DNA of 64,000 bases from an uncultured bacterium (GTDB taxonomy: Bacteria; Hydrothermota; UBA3073; NMUJ01; CBEVQO01), in contig CBEVQO010000001.1 in NCBI GenBank assembly GCA_965552055.1, forward strand, positions 256,001-320,000, read 5' to 3'. The position numbers and the translations under genes are program-made. The notes beneath the pieces are model-generated. The model saw only the letters and a program-made list of their open reading frames with translations, did not search any database and was not told the DNA's origin. Below are positions 1 through 9,851 of the stretch, one piece after another (position 1 is the stretch's first letter; each line of letters begins with the position of its first letter).

Positions 1-1207
1 AGTATTCCAATATTTTACCCATAGAGATTATATAATCCCATAAAACATAGGGAACCGAAAAAGTCTGATTTTTAATAATATAGTAATCGGCTCCAAATCG
101 TATTGCCTCCCTTATAAGTGCAAAATCATCACTTATACTAAGAACAAAAGCAGGAATCTCGGGATAAACCTCTGTAAGCTGATGCAAAATCTTGAGTCCA
201 TCGGGTTGACCGCTTTCAAGATACATGTCTACCAAGATAGCGTCAAATTTTTCTATATCCATCTCTTGGACTCCTGCATTTTCATAATTTTGAACTTTCT
301 TGCATGGCAAATATAAAACTTCCTTTTTCTCTTTCCCTTTTCGTTTCTCAATTTCCTCAAGAAGCCATCTAAAATCTTTGATTTTGCCATCAAAAATATA
401 AGTCTCAATCACAGGTTCAAATAGCAAAAATATCTCGTTTAATTTAACGTTCCCTAAGAAATTAAATCTTTCATCTATCTTTACTAAATCCTGGTCAGGT
501 CGGTTATCTATCAGAAGTAATTTAATATTACATCTTGTAAGCGTAAGCCTTATCAGCCCAGCAAACATGTTTGCTAATTGTATTAAAAAATTAGCTTCAC
601 CCTGTCCACTTGCATCGTGAACGATTTTTTCACGCCACTCTATTTCTGTATCAAAATACTTTCCCAGTTTGATGAAAACTTCCACCCACGATTTAGGTAT
701 CTTTCCCTCTAATTGAGATACACTTTGGATTCTTTCATATATTTTGTTATTTAAAATATTTTCTAAATTCTCCTTAACTTTCTCCAATTTCTCCCCTATG
801 AGATTTTTTGCATCTTCAATCATTAAATAATTAGGATTGAACGGAACACTTACATAACCTATAATCTCAGGAAATACTTTGCAGAAAAACCTGAATTCTT
901 TTGCTTTCTCATATCTCGGCTCTGCAAAAATTATTTTTTCATTTTTAGATGGGTTAGATTCAAACCCGATGATATAAATAGGAAGAGGATTAGTAAATAT
1001 TTCTTCTATAACTTTCTCAATTTTAATATCGTCATTTGAAATATCAACTTCCCCATTTTCTTTGCATAACCCTTTACATATTTTCTCTCCCAAATACAAA
1101 ATATAGCATTTGCTATTTTTTAGCCGTCCTGTTCTGTGCAAATATCGGCAGAATGATTTACATATTTCTTTAAAAATATTTCTTATGAAATAGTCTGAGT
1201 TCAACAT
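1..1207 (-). CDS. Receiver-domain protein, runs off the window edge (not in the ORF track)
   Basis: Hand translation from ATG 1207 (overlaps the upstream stop) is open to position 1: MLNSDYFIRN...KLLLIDN...FDAILVDMYLESGQPDGLKILHQLTEVYPEIPAFVLSISDDFALIREAIRFGADYYIIK, a REC fold with phosphoacceptor Asp, Ser and Lys. Confidence 0.85.
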   Translation of the reverse strand, partial: MLNSDYFIRNIFKEICKSFCRYLHRTGRLKNSKCYILYLGEKICKGLCKENGEVDISNDDIKIEKVIEEIFTNPLPIYIIGFESNPSKNEKIIFAEPRYEKAKEFRFFCKVFPEIIGYVSVPFNPNYLMIEDAKNLIGEKLEKVKENLENILNNKIYERIQSVSQLEGKIPKSWVEVFIKLGKYFDTEIEWREKIVHDASGQGEANFLIQLANMFAGLIRLTLTRCNIKLLLIDNRPDQDLVKIDERFNFLGNVKLNEIFLLFEPVIETYIFDGKIKDFRWLLEEIEKRKGKEKKEVLYLPCKKVQNYENAGVQEMDIEKFDAILVDMYLESGQPDGLKILHQLTEVYPEIPAFVLSISDDFALIREAIRFGADYYIIKNQTFSVPYVLWDYIISMGKILEY

Positions 1208-4200
1208 ATTACTTCGATATCCGGAAATGATTTACTGCACCACTCGTTCATAAATTCTTCTAATGTTGAATAACTATCCTGTGATCTTTGATCTTGATTA
1301 AATGGGCTTTGCACAATTATTTTACCTCCTTTACATGTAACTAAATAACAATCTTCAGATGGGATACCCCACTCTTTGATTATATCATTAATTTCTTTGT
1401 CTTCTTTTATTTTCTTACATAAATAACCGTCTTTTTCTAATTTTTTAATATCCTCCTCTTTAATATTTATTTCTTTATCAAAAATCAAAACTCTCTTCTT
1501 CTGGAAGAATTCTTTATTCAGTTCCTTTATTTCTTCTTCAAAACTTTTTACAAATTTAACATCTACATTTTTGCTCATTAAATAATTAATGCCTTTGTAT
1601 TTTATCCGTGGATTAGGGTCTGCACATCCTATATAAACTCTTTTTATGCCTTTCTCTATAATAAGGTCGGAACAGGATTTTTCTCCTTTAATATGTCTTG
1701 TGCAACAGGGCTCTAATGTGACATATAACTCACATTCTTTTAGGTTTATTTTCCTTTCTTCCGCTTTTCTAATTAAAATCTGTTCTGCATGAAGTTTTCC
1801 TTCCTTATGGGATTTAAGAATTACTTTTCCTTCTTTAACCAAAACTGCTCCTACTTTTGGATAATTTTTACCTTGAGAAATTATTGAGTATTCTGATTCC
1901 TTTACTGCTAATCTCATAAATTCTTTTATTTTATTTATATTGACCAAGTTCTCGAATATCTCACATATTACAGAAGCTGTAATGAGAATTAATATCCGTG
2001 GTAGCGGAGCCGATATTCGTTTTATCGGATTCACCTCGTCTTTATATTTTAATGCATTCAAAGATACATAAAATAGACTTATAAGATACTCCATTTCGTT
2101 TAATCCTGCTTCTTTCCCAAGAAGGTGAATTTTTTTCAAAAGCAAACATAAATCTTCTATATCTCTATTTCCACACCATACTTTATGAGCATGTCCTCTT
2201 GTTATTGGAGAAAAAAGTTTATACAGCAAATCTCTTTCGCACTCTATCCAGAACTTCACCGCTTCCTGCCATTTCTCATAAGTTCGTTCTCTATGCATAA
2301 TAGTATTATACAGAACATCGCTTATTATCATAAGTCTCAATTGTACCTCCATCTTTGTAAAATCATATGCCAGATGTCCCACCCCGGTATCGGCAAAATC
2401 TATTAACCAGAAATTATAACGATTATAAACATCTTTTGTCACAACAATATTCTCGGGCTGCAAATCGCCGTGAATCACTGAATAATGAAAAGTAATATTT
2501 TTTACAATTTCCCGAAACTCACTGTTTTTTTCAAACTTATGCTTGAACCAGTATATCGGATTTGGTAAAAATTCTCCAAAAATTTCATATCTATTTTCAT
2601 TTTCGTTTATCTTAATAAGTTCCTTTTCTTTTCCATTGTGTTCTTTAGGTATATCTTGATATTTACAAAACTCTTTTATTTTATTCTCAATTTCTTTAAT
2701 TTGCTTAATAAATGTTTTGTAAATCTTTGTAGCATCGGGAGCTTCATTTAATCTCAATGTTATCCTTTTACCCCTTCGTGCCAAAATGTGAGTGCATATT
2801 TCTCCCCGATTATCCTTAATTATAAAATTTGCACAAAATTTTAAATCTTTGTTTCTGTAATTGTTTGCTTTCTCCTCGTTATAAGGTTTTATTAACATTG
2901 CTTCAATCTCGTTTTCTTCTTTTTTTATTTTTTGCAACTCAAAAGTATAAATATCTCCTTCATCTTGCCATAATAAATCCATCTCTCCGTATGGCGGCAG
3001 AAGCTGGCGATAAAATTCCCGTATATCTTTATTTCCATTATTTTCTCCCACAATATTATGAATCGGTCTCAAAATTCTTCTATAAATCCATTCCACTGCG
3101 TTTTCAATTTTATTGAAATCCTTTTCTGACAAGACAAAATCTGTAAAACTCATTTGATTTTTAATTTCGTATGGAATACCTACCACGGTATAAGCAATCA
3201 AAGCTTTCTCCCTTAATGGAATAATAGGGTCTTCTATTCTTCCACAAAAATTATCGATGTAGCCTTTGATGTAAGTATCATAATTATATTTTTCTTTGTA
3301 TAATTTAGTTTTTGTATCTATTTTAATAATCCTGAATATTTCCCCTTTAGTTATCCCTTTTTCTTTTAATTGCAATCTAACGAGTCCGACCCATCCTCCG
3401 CTTTTACCGCTTGTAAATTTATAAATTATTTCTGGATTGCTTTCTTTACCAAACGCTTTTTTTGAAAACTTCATTAAAATTTCACGAATTTTATTCTCTT
3501 TGAACTCTTCTTCTTTTTCCTGTTTTTTTAAGACATAAAGGACTACCTCCTCAAGCGACCTTGGCAATTGATAAAAGAAATGTTTTTTAGGAAAATAGTA
3601 ATCTGCTCCTTCCCTAAAGGCAACATGTGCTATGTCTGCAAAATCTAATCGACTTAACATGATAATTAAAGGAAATTTATAAACTCCTCTAAATCTGGTC
3701 AAATAAGGCAATACTTTTTCTATACCCGCTAATTTGCTTCCATTGTTGGATTCGACAATATCCAAAAGTACAATGTCTATATCCGGAATCTTGTGAAGTA
3801 AATTTTCTATTTTCTTTTCGTCAAAAGTATCTTCTTTAAATACTCCTATTGGTTCTTCTTTAGATTTACAAAAAGTCCTGTTAAGGATCTCTTCTATTAT
3901 CTCAAACAATTTATTACCCTCAGTACTATTATCTTTTAGCTCATCATCTATTACGAGTATATTCCACCGAATATATTTATTACTTTTTATACTTTCTATT
4001 TCTCTTTCTTGAATCTTCGAAAAATCCCATTCTTTTTTGATAAAATAATCATGTCCATCCGTTTTCTTTTCTTGAATTGGAATAACCTTTTTTAATTCAC
4101 TTAGCCAGTCATTTTCACAAACATTTAATAACTTTATAAAATAAGAATTTACTCCATAAAAAGCATATTGCTTTTTAAAATTATCTGCGTTTTCCATGGT

Positions 4201-4509
4201 AAGTAAATAAATTTCTATTCCACATTCTTTGTTCAATGAATTAGAAATAATCTGTAAAATCCTATGAACAACATCTCTTGGTTCACCCAACTTATTAAGT
4301 TCTTCGACTCCTATTGCATCAATTATTATTTTATCTTCTATAACTGGATTCCTGAAGAAATCTTTAATACTTTTAATGGAGAAAGTGTGCTTTTCACCCA
4401 AACATTTATCATAATATCTGCGAAGAGATTCAGCCAGCTCTTTTACTTCTTCTTTTTCTTTACAGGAATGCAATAATAACATGCACTTTTTCATTTTGAC
4501 ATCTTCCAT
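1201..4509 (-). CDS. Fusion of REC domain, APH/kinase-like phosphotransferase and RibD-type Zn deaminase
   Basis: REC: ILVIDDE..IVLLDI..IMLS..GADYYFPK; kinase-like: GKSGG, IIKID, HGDLQPENI, LIDFAD; deaminase: PKVGAVLVK, HAE, LYVTLEPC..SC, DPNP. Confidence 0.85.
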   Translation of the reverse strand: MEDVKMKKCMLLLHSCKEKEEVKELAESLRRYYDKCLGEKHTFSIKSIKDFFRNPVIEDKIIIDAIGVEELNKLGEPRDVVHRILQIISNSLNKECGIEIYLLTMENADNFKKQYAFYGVNSYFIKLLNVCENDWLSELKKVIPIQEKKTDGHDYFIKKEWDFSKIQEREIESIKSNKYIRWNILVIDDELKDNSTEGNKLFEIIEEILNRTFCKSKEEPIGVFKEDTFDEKKIENLLHKIPDIDIVLLDIVESNNGSKLAGIEKVLPYLTRFRGVYKFPLIIMLSRLDFADIAHVAFREGADYYFPKKHFFYQLPRSLEEVVLYVLKKQEKEEEFKENKIREILMKFSKKAFGKESNPEIIYKFTSGKSGGWVGLVRLQLKEKGITKGEIFRIIKIDTKTKLYKEKYNYDTYIKGYIDNFCGRIEDPIIPLREKALIAYTVVGIPYEIKNQMSFTDFVLSEKDFNKIENAVEWIYRRILRPIHNIVGENNGNKDIREFYRQLLPPYGEMDLLWQDEGDIYTFELQKIKKEENEIEAMLIKPYNEEKANNYRNKDLKFCANFIIKDNRGEICTHILARRGKRITLRLNEAPDATKIYKTFIKQIKEIENKIKEFCKYQDIPKEHNGKEKELIKINENENRYEIFGEFLPNPIYWFKHKFEKNSEFREIVKNITFHYSVIHGDLQPENIVVTKDVYNRYNFWLIDFADTGVGHLAYDFTKMEVQLRLMIISDVLYNTIMHRERTYEKWQEAVKFWIECERDLLYKLFSPITRGHAHKVWCGNRDIEDLCLLLKKIHLLGKEAGLNEMEYLISLFYVSLNALKYKDEVNPIKRISAPLPRILILITASVICEIFENLVNINKIKEFMRLAVKESEYSIISQGKNYPKVGAVLVKEGKVILKSHKEGKLHAEQILIRKAEERKINLKECELYVTLEPCCTRHIKGEKSCSDLIIEKGIKRVYIGCADPNPRIKYKGINYLMSKNVDVKFVKSFEEEIKELNKEFFQKKRVLIFDKEINIKEEDIKKLEKDGYLCKKIKEDKEINDIIKEWGIPSEDCYLVTCKGGKIIVQSPFNQDQRSQDSYSTLEEFMNEWCSKSFPDIEVIC

Positions 4510-4512
4510 TTC

Positions 4513-4788
4513 TTAAAAATTCAATCCTATTACATCATCCACGAAATTTTCTTCTGAAAAAATGTAAGCAAGAACACCATGTTTATTTATTTTTACACAT
4601 TCCGGCGTATACTCCACCCCGCTCCTTCTGCCTTCAACCAATAAATTAAGCCGCATCAAGTTGCTTTCGGGGTCAAGAATATCCCTTCCCAGAATGGGAA
4701 AAGGTGCAGAATGAGGGTCGAGGAATATTCCGGCTTCGCCTTTGAATATTTTAAACTTTTCTCCGTTGCCGATTATCATAGTATCCAA
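4513..4788 (-). pseudogene. Truncated clan-AA (retropepsin-like) aspartyl protease
   Basis: Keeps C-terminal PILGRDIL but lacks the catalytic DTG; follows a small DUF5678-like gene as such proteases commonly do. Confidence 0.45.
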
Positions 4789-5036
4789 ATTTTGTCCCTG
4801 TATGGTATTTTTATTATAATAGCAAATTTTATTCTATCACCGAGTTTTTGTTTTAGCTCGTCGATAGTTTTCCCGCTGTGAATCTCATCTCCTATAATTG
4901 CGACAAATTTACCGCGGTATTTTTTCCATATTTCAGCAGAGTGTTTGGCAAAGGTCTCCATTGATTTTTTGCCTATTTCAAATATTTCTCTGGTCTCATG
5001 ATCTAACTTAATTTCCCCAACATACTTCATAGCCAT
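4776..5036 (-). CDS. Small DUF5678-like protein
   Basis: IWKKYRGKFVAIIGDEIHSGKTIDEL pattern, 86 aa. Confidence 0.6.
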   Translation of the reverse strand: MAMKYVGEIKLDHETREIFEIGKKSMETFAKHSAEIWKKYRGKFVAIIGDEIHSGKTIDELKQKLGDRIKFAIIIKIPYRDKIWIL

Positions 5037-5039
5037 AAC

Positions 5040-5870
5040 TTACTGCCCCTTTTTATCCTCATTTCCTTTGACATCGCTCTTTCCTGAGTATTCCTTCTTG
5101 ATTTCTTCCAATTTCCGCATCACATTACAGAACCACTGATGAAAAGGATTTTGCTCAGGATTTTCTGCCCATTTTTTGAATTTATCAATATCGAATTCAT
5201 TGGGTAAACCCAAATTTATGTTATCACAATTAAACATTTGTAAAATCGCTTCCTTCTTATCATCCTCCAATTTCGCTCTCTCTATTTCTTTTCTGGCTTG
5301 ATCACATAAATTTTTAAACCTATCTTTGGGTGATGTATTTTTAAATGCCTCATTATAATATTCCTCTGCCCATTTTTCTTTCGTCTTGCCTTGTGGTGGT
5401 TTAAAATCATTCTTCAACACCTCACAAATCCCCATCAAATCAATATCCATTGGCAGAAAAAGGTGAGCAATGCGGTGGAGAAGGAGGGTAATTTGCTCTT
5501 TTACTTTATTTTTTTTTAATTCTTCAATCACACTATAATCGCATTTTTCTATTCTATTTACTATTTCCCTTTCTGTAGTATGGAATCCCAATATCTCGAC
5601 ATTAATGTTTTCTTGTTGAGCAACTTCACACAATTTATTATAATTTTTGTCTCCTTCTCCTTTATGAATCACTATTATGTTTATATTTTTGTCTGTTGCA
5701 AATTTCAGGTAATAAGGAAATGCGTCATGATTTCTTTCTCCTGCAATGAAAAACCAGTTACCAACTTGTTTATATTCAATTTGTTTGTTATCCAGTATTA
5801 CTACTTCGCTATCTACTTTTATCTCATTGAATGTATTTGTATGAATAACAAGGACTTTTTCGGCATTCAT
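5040..5870 (-). CDS. Uncharacterised protein; alpha/beta N-terminus and His-containing helix (possible phosphorelay partner)
   Basis: ATG 5870 overlaps the upstream stop (ATGA); LLHRIAHLFLPMDIDLMGI helix; function inferred. Confidence 0.55.
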   Translation of the reverse strand: MNAEKVLVIHTNTFNEIKVDSEVVILDNKQIEYKQVGNWFFIAGERNHDAFPYYLKFATDKNINIIVIHKGEGDKNYNKLCEVAQQENINVEILGFHTTEREIVNRIEKCDYSVIEELKKNKVKEQITLLLHRIAHLFLPMDIDLMGICEVLKNDFKPPQGKTKEKWAEEYYNEAFKNTSPKDRFKNLCDQARKEIERAKLEDDKKEAILQMFNCDNINLGLPNEFDIDKFKKWAENPEQNPFHQWFCNVMRKLEEIKKEYSGKSDVKGNEDKKGQ

Positions 5871-8323
5871 TTTAACACCCCCCAAAATACTCTATATTTT
5901 TTCTCAAAAAGATCATCGGGTTCAAGCCCTCTCATAAAAACAGACCTGTCTATCAGTCGGCTATTCGCCCACAAGCATTTCTGTAAAATATCGTGACTTA
6001 GGGGTCTTGCTCTACCTGTAACTATTCTTACATATGGAGGTAAATTATCGGGTTCGATTTCATATAAATCTTGTCTAACATCCAACATTCCCAAATGGAA
6101 TACTACACAATCGTAATTTTTTAAGTCAGGGAAACTGTCTTTATTTTCGGGAATGATAAAAATATTAATTTTTTCCAAATCTTTTAAACTTCCTTGAAAC
6201 TTATCATACAATTCATTATCGATTATTAAAATCTTGAAAGCCAAAATAGAACATATTTCTAAACCAACTATTTTCTTCTTGCAATCATCCGCATTTTTTA
6301 AATAACAATTCTCTTCCTTCCTCCCAAAATATCTACATATTCTATAAGTGGGGTCGTGTGAAAAGGTCAATTTTCTAACATTTTTGTGATTACATTCACG
6401 CGGATGACAAAAATGGAATTCTAAATTATTAGATTTTTTACAATCAATAAGCTGTTCTATTTTCCTCCAGTATTCCATTTGCCAGCCTTTTTTTTGACTA
6501 TTTTCACAGACTTCACAGAATTTTATTTCTATACCTCTATCTTTAAATATTTTATCCCACCATTTTTCAAGCAATAAACAATACTTTTCTTGTTCATTCT
6601 TACATTTACTATATTCATCTTCTTCAATGAAAATACTCCTTCTTTTAATCCAATTTAACCACTTTTTCCATTTATCGTCTAACTGTAGATTTTCCTCTTT
6701 CCCAATCCAGCATATTCTTTGTGGTAAAACACTCCAATTTTGTAAAATAAAGAAACTATCAGAAGGATTAACAACCAGAAAATCTGGTTTTACTTCTTTG
6801 CCTGCTTTAATTCTCTCAATTGTATTTTTATCTCCTTCACTCACATATTTTGCCAGTGGTATTTTAAATTCGTAACTAATGCCATTACCATCTTTAATAG
6901 CCTTTAATTCTCCACCTGCCAACCCCAGCGTTCGCCCGATTAACATATTTGCACATATACGCATCTCCTTTATTCCGGGGTTTTCGAAATCGGTTTTGCC
7001 CTGCTCATCAATTATTTTGCTATTTTCTATAATATTGTTTATTTTTCTTACTATATCACCACTATTATCAACAACATAATTGGATTTAATCCAAACGCGT
7101 GCAAACTTATTTTCTTTTTTAACGGAAAATTTTATGGTAGGGCCTCTTTCTTTATTTTTAGAAGGAGGTTTACAATGTTTCAATACATTTCTTACATAGT
7201 TTTCAAAAATAATGTAAATAGCATGGACGCCTATTTCTCCATATCCCGGGCTTACAATCAATTCATCGTCACATTCGGGTTTGTCTATTATAACAAGCTC
7301 CCTACCACTTGCCTTTGCAAAAAAATTTACAAAAAGTTTCACTCCTTCATCTGCTTTTTTATATCCTTCGACAGTTTGCAGATATTCTAGTGCATTTTTT
7401 AAATTAACCTTACCTTCACAAATAGGGTCGTATACATTGATGATATTAAGTAAAGCAGTTTTTTCATTTATGTATTGCAGATATTTTTCAACGCCATCTG
7501 GGTTATTTTGGAGTTCATTCTTCGTTAATCGGGGAATTACATGTGAGCCGTGATGATGTGTAAAATTTCGTATCATTATAGCGGCGACAGCCGAGCGGAG
7601 AGCATAGCGAGTTAGATTAAACTTTTCATAGCGATAAATTTCTAAAGAAAGTCTGTCTATAAAAAAAGGCAGTGCGAGTCTTCTTATTTCTTCCACTTGT
7701 TCTCGCATTAGACATTCATTAATTGCAAACTCTATACCTCCTACTCCTAGCTCTTTAAAGAATGGAATATGATAGATGTATAAAACTTCATTGGATTTAA
7801 TCTCAAGCCATTCTCTCAATTTGATAGTATAATAGAAGTACACATATTCAAAGTCCTCTTCCTTATACTTATCGAAATTTTCTTCAAAACCTAACCATTT
7901 AAGAAATTTTTCTACTTGATTTCTAAAATCTTCAATATCTTCAGGGAATTCAAAACAACGCACATCAGGAAATTTTTTAGCTTTACCTGATATCAGACAA
8001 ACAGGTTCTTTTAAATATTTAGGAGGTAGATAAAAGATACGCAAAAAACCAAAGCGTTTTTTAAGGGCACTTTTTATTACTTTTTCTGGTAGCCGTTTTC
8101 TCCTTAAATACTCTTCAAATTCTTTTTCAAATTTGATATTAAACGAAGATGTGTCTTCCTCCTTAAACTTGCCATTCTTAGTTCGTATAAAGTTTTTAGA
8201 ATAAGATAAGTCAAAATCTCCTTTTTCTTCATTAAACATAGCAAAAAAGAACGCTATAGAACACGCAATATTTTTCGACCCTAGTTCGCTTTGTAATCTT
8301 TCAATAAACGCTAACTCTTCCAT
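5867..8323 (-). CDS. Atypical cytoplasmic histidine kinase-like protein (GAF-like region, DHp-like helix, HATPase_c, degenerate receiver-like C-terminus)
   Basis: SAVAAIMIRNFTHHHGSHV (H-box-like), IFENYVRNVLKH (N-box), GIKEM, C-terminal KILIIDNE..VVFH..IVTGR; no transmembrane segment. Confidence 0.65.
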   Translation of the reverse strand: MEELAFIERLQSELGSKNIACSIAFFFAMFNEEKGDFDLSYSKNFIRTKNGKFKEEDTSSFNIKFEKEFEEYLRRKRLPEKVIKSALKKRFGFLRIFYLPPKYLKEPVCLISGKAKKFPDVRCFEFPEDIEDFRNQVEKFLKWLGFEENFDKYKEEDFEYVYFYYTIKLREWLEIKSNEVLYIYHIPFFKELGVGGIEFAINECLMREQVEEIRRLALPFFIDRLSLEIYRYEKFNLTRYALRSAVAAIMIRNFTHHHGSHVIPRLTKNELQNNPDGVEKYLQYINEKTALLNIINVYDPICEGKVNLKNALEYLQTVEGYKKADEGVKLFVNFFAKASGRELVIIDKPECDDELIVSPGYGEIGVHAIYIIFENYVRNVLKHCKPPSKNKERGPTIKFSVKKENKFARVWIKSNYVVDNSGDIVRKINNIIENSKIIDEQGKTDFENPGIKEMRICANMLIGRTLGLAGGELKAIKDGNGISYEFKIPLAKYVSEGDKNTIERIKAGKEVKPDFLVVNPSDSFFILQNWSVLPQRICWIGKEENLQLDDKWKKWLNWIKRRSIFIEEDEYSKCKNEQEKYCLLLEKWWDKIFKDRGIEIKFCEVCENSQKKGWQMEYWRKIEQLIDCKKSNNLEFHFCHPRECNHKNVRKLTFSHDPTYRICRYFGRKEENCYLKNADDCKKKIVGLEICSILAFKILIIDNELYDKFQGSLKDLEKINIFIIPENKDSFPDLKNYDCVVFHLGMLDVRQDLYEIEPDNLPPYVRIVTGRARPLSHDILQKCLWANSRLIDRSVFMRGLEPDDLFEKKYRVFWGVLK

Positions 8324-9851
8324 CTTTCTTCCTCCATCTTATTAAGCTTACCGTTTTTCTCCCAATAATAATATCTTTTGCCTCATAAATACTTATTCCA
8401 TTTCTAGACTCAGGAATTCCTTCTTTTTCAATAGTCCATCCATAATCTTTAAAAAGATTATAAATAATATAATCTCTAATAAGCCAATATTTTTCTTGTA
8501 ATTTAATCTCATCGTTCTCTTTTCTAAACACTTTCGGCTCATTTTCTGTCAAAAATTCAATTTTTCTTTTTATTTCCGCTAATTGATTATTTTTATTAGC
8601 ATATTCTTCTAATCTCTTTTCATTAATCCCTAAAGGTTTATTTAATCCTTTTAAGCCCATAATCATTTCTCTAACAAAAATTTCATGCTCATGCATTTTT
8701 CTATACCATCTTATAGGTAAAATGCCTGCTTCTATTCTTGCTTTATATTCTTCATATTCTGCAGCATTTTCAAAAATATAGCCATTGTAGTATTGATAAA
8801 TCCCTATTCCAATACCTATATTTCCGAGCGCACGGATCTTATATTCTTCATACTTAGTATAATTCTCTGGTTTTTTAACATACCAGTCTCCACTCCAATT
8901 TTGATAACCATTTTGTGTTAATTTTTCATGGATAAAAATTTTCGCTTTTATAAATCCATCTTCTGATAAGAAATCTTCTTTTCGGTATGTTTTTAATAAA
9001 ATTTCTCTATCCTTTTTGCGAGGAGCAAACCAAAGCTGATACCATGTGATGGAAGGCGGTCCTATTTCTAAAATTTTGTTAACATCCTCTCTAATAATTT
9101 CTGAATCTTGCTTAGGTAAACCATAAATCATATCTAAATTCCAATTGTTAAATTCATATTCCTCTATCCATTTAATTGTTTGCTCATAATTTTTGTTTGA
9201 CCTTCCCATTTCCTCCAACACATTCTTATTAAAAGTTTGAATACCAAAGCTCAAGCGTGATACTCCATATTTTTTCATAATTTCAAATTTCTTCTCGTTC
9301 ATAGTTTCTGGATGCAATTCCATTGCAATTTCTAAACCAGTTTTATTTATTTTTTTTCTTAGAGGCTCCACAATTTCTTCGAATAATTGTTTTAAATATT
9401 CTTCATCCAAAGCCGAAGGTGTTCCTCCACCGATATAAATTGATGTGATTTTATCCCAGTATTTAAAATATTCACTAAGTATTTCGAGTTCTTTCTTCAG
9501 TAGGTCAATATACTTTTTTTGAGTAGGATAATTTCCTTTTCTTTCTTTTCTCTCTTTTCTTTCTTCAGCTAGACTCCATTTTATAAAATAACAATATTTA
9601 CATTTTCGAGCACAAAATGGAATATGAATATAAAATGTTGTCTCTTGCGGTTTACTAAATATTTTCTCATATTCAAATGGCTCGAATTCTTTTTCGCCGA
9701 GTCGCTTTATTTGTGTTAACGGACCTACCGGAATATGAGAAAAAACAAAATCATATTCAAAAGGGCTGAAAGTGAAGCCCAGTTTCCTTAATTCATCGAT
9801 TTTTCGCTCCTTAAATTTATCTTCAATCTCTTTAGGCCAATTTTCTTTCAT
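8301..9851 (-). CDS. HemN/HemW-like radical SAM protein
   Basis: YIHIPFCARKCKYC (CX3CX2C), IYIGGGTPS, RLSFGIQTF, NLDMIYGLPKQ; ATG 9851 overlaps the upstream stop. Confidence 0.85.
   Translation of the reverse strand: MKENWPKEIEDKFKERKIDELRKLGFTFSPFEYDFVFSHIPVGPLTQIKRLGEKEFEPFEYEKIFSKPQETTFYIHIPFCARKCKYCYFIKWSLAEERKERKERKGNYPTQKKYIDLLKKELEILSEYFKYWDKITSIYIGGGTPSALDEEYLKQLFEEIVEPLRKKINKTGLEIAMELHPETMNEKKFEIMKKYGVSRLSFGIQTFNKNVLEEMGRSNKNYEQTIKWIEEYEFNNWNLDMIYGLPKQDSEIIREDVNKILEIGPPSITWYQLWFAPRKKDREILLKTYRKEDFLSEDGFIKAKIFIHEKLTQNGYQNWSGDWYVKKPENYTKYEEYKIRALGNIGIGIGIYQYYNGYIFENAAEYEEYKARIEAGILPIRWYRKMHEHEIFVREMIMGLKGLNKPLGINEKRLEEYANKNNQLAEIKRKIEFLTENEPKVFRKENDEIKLQEKYWLIRDYIIYNLFKDYGWTIEKEGIPESRNGISIYEAKDIIIGRKTVSLIRWRKKDGRVSVY

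Noticed and set aside
1201..1920. Calling the deaminase domain ribD
   Set aside because: No reductase domain, no rib genes nearby, and it is fused to REC and kinase domains
8301..9851. Calling the gene hemN (coproporphyrinogen III oxidase)
   Set aside because: Motifs are shared across the whole HemN-like family and the context is not haem synthesis
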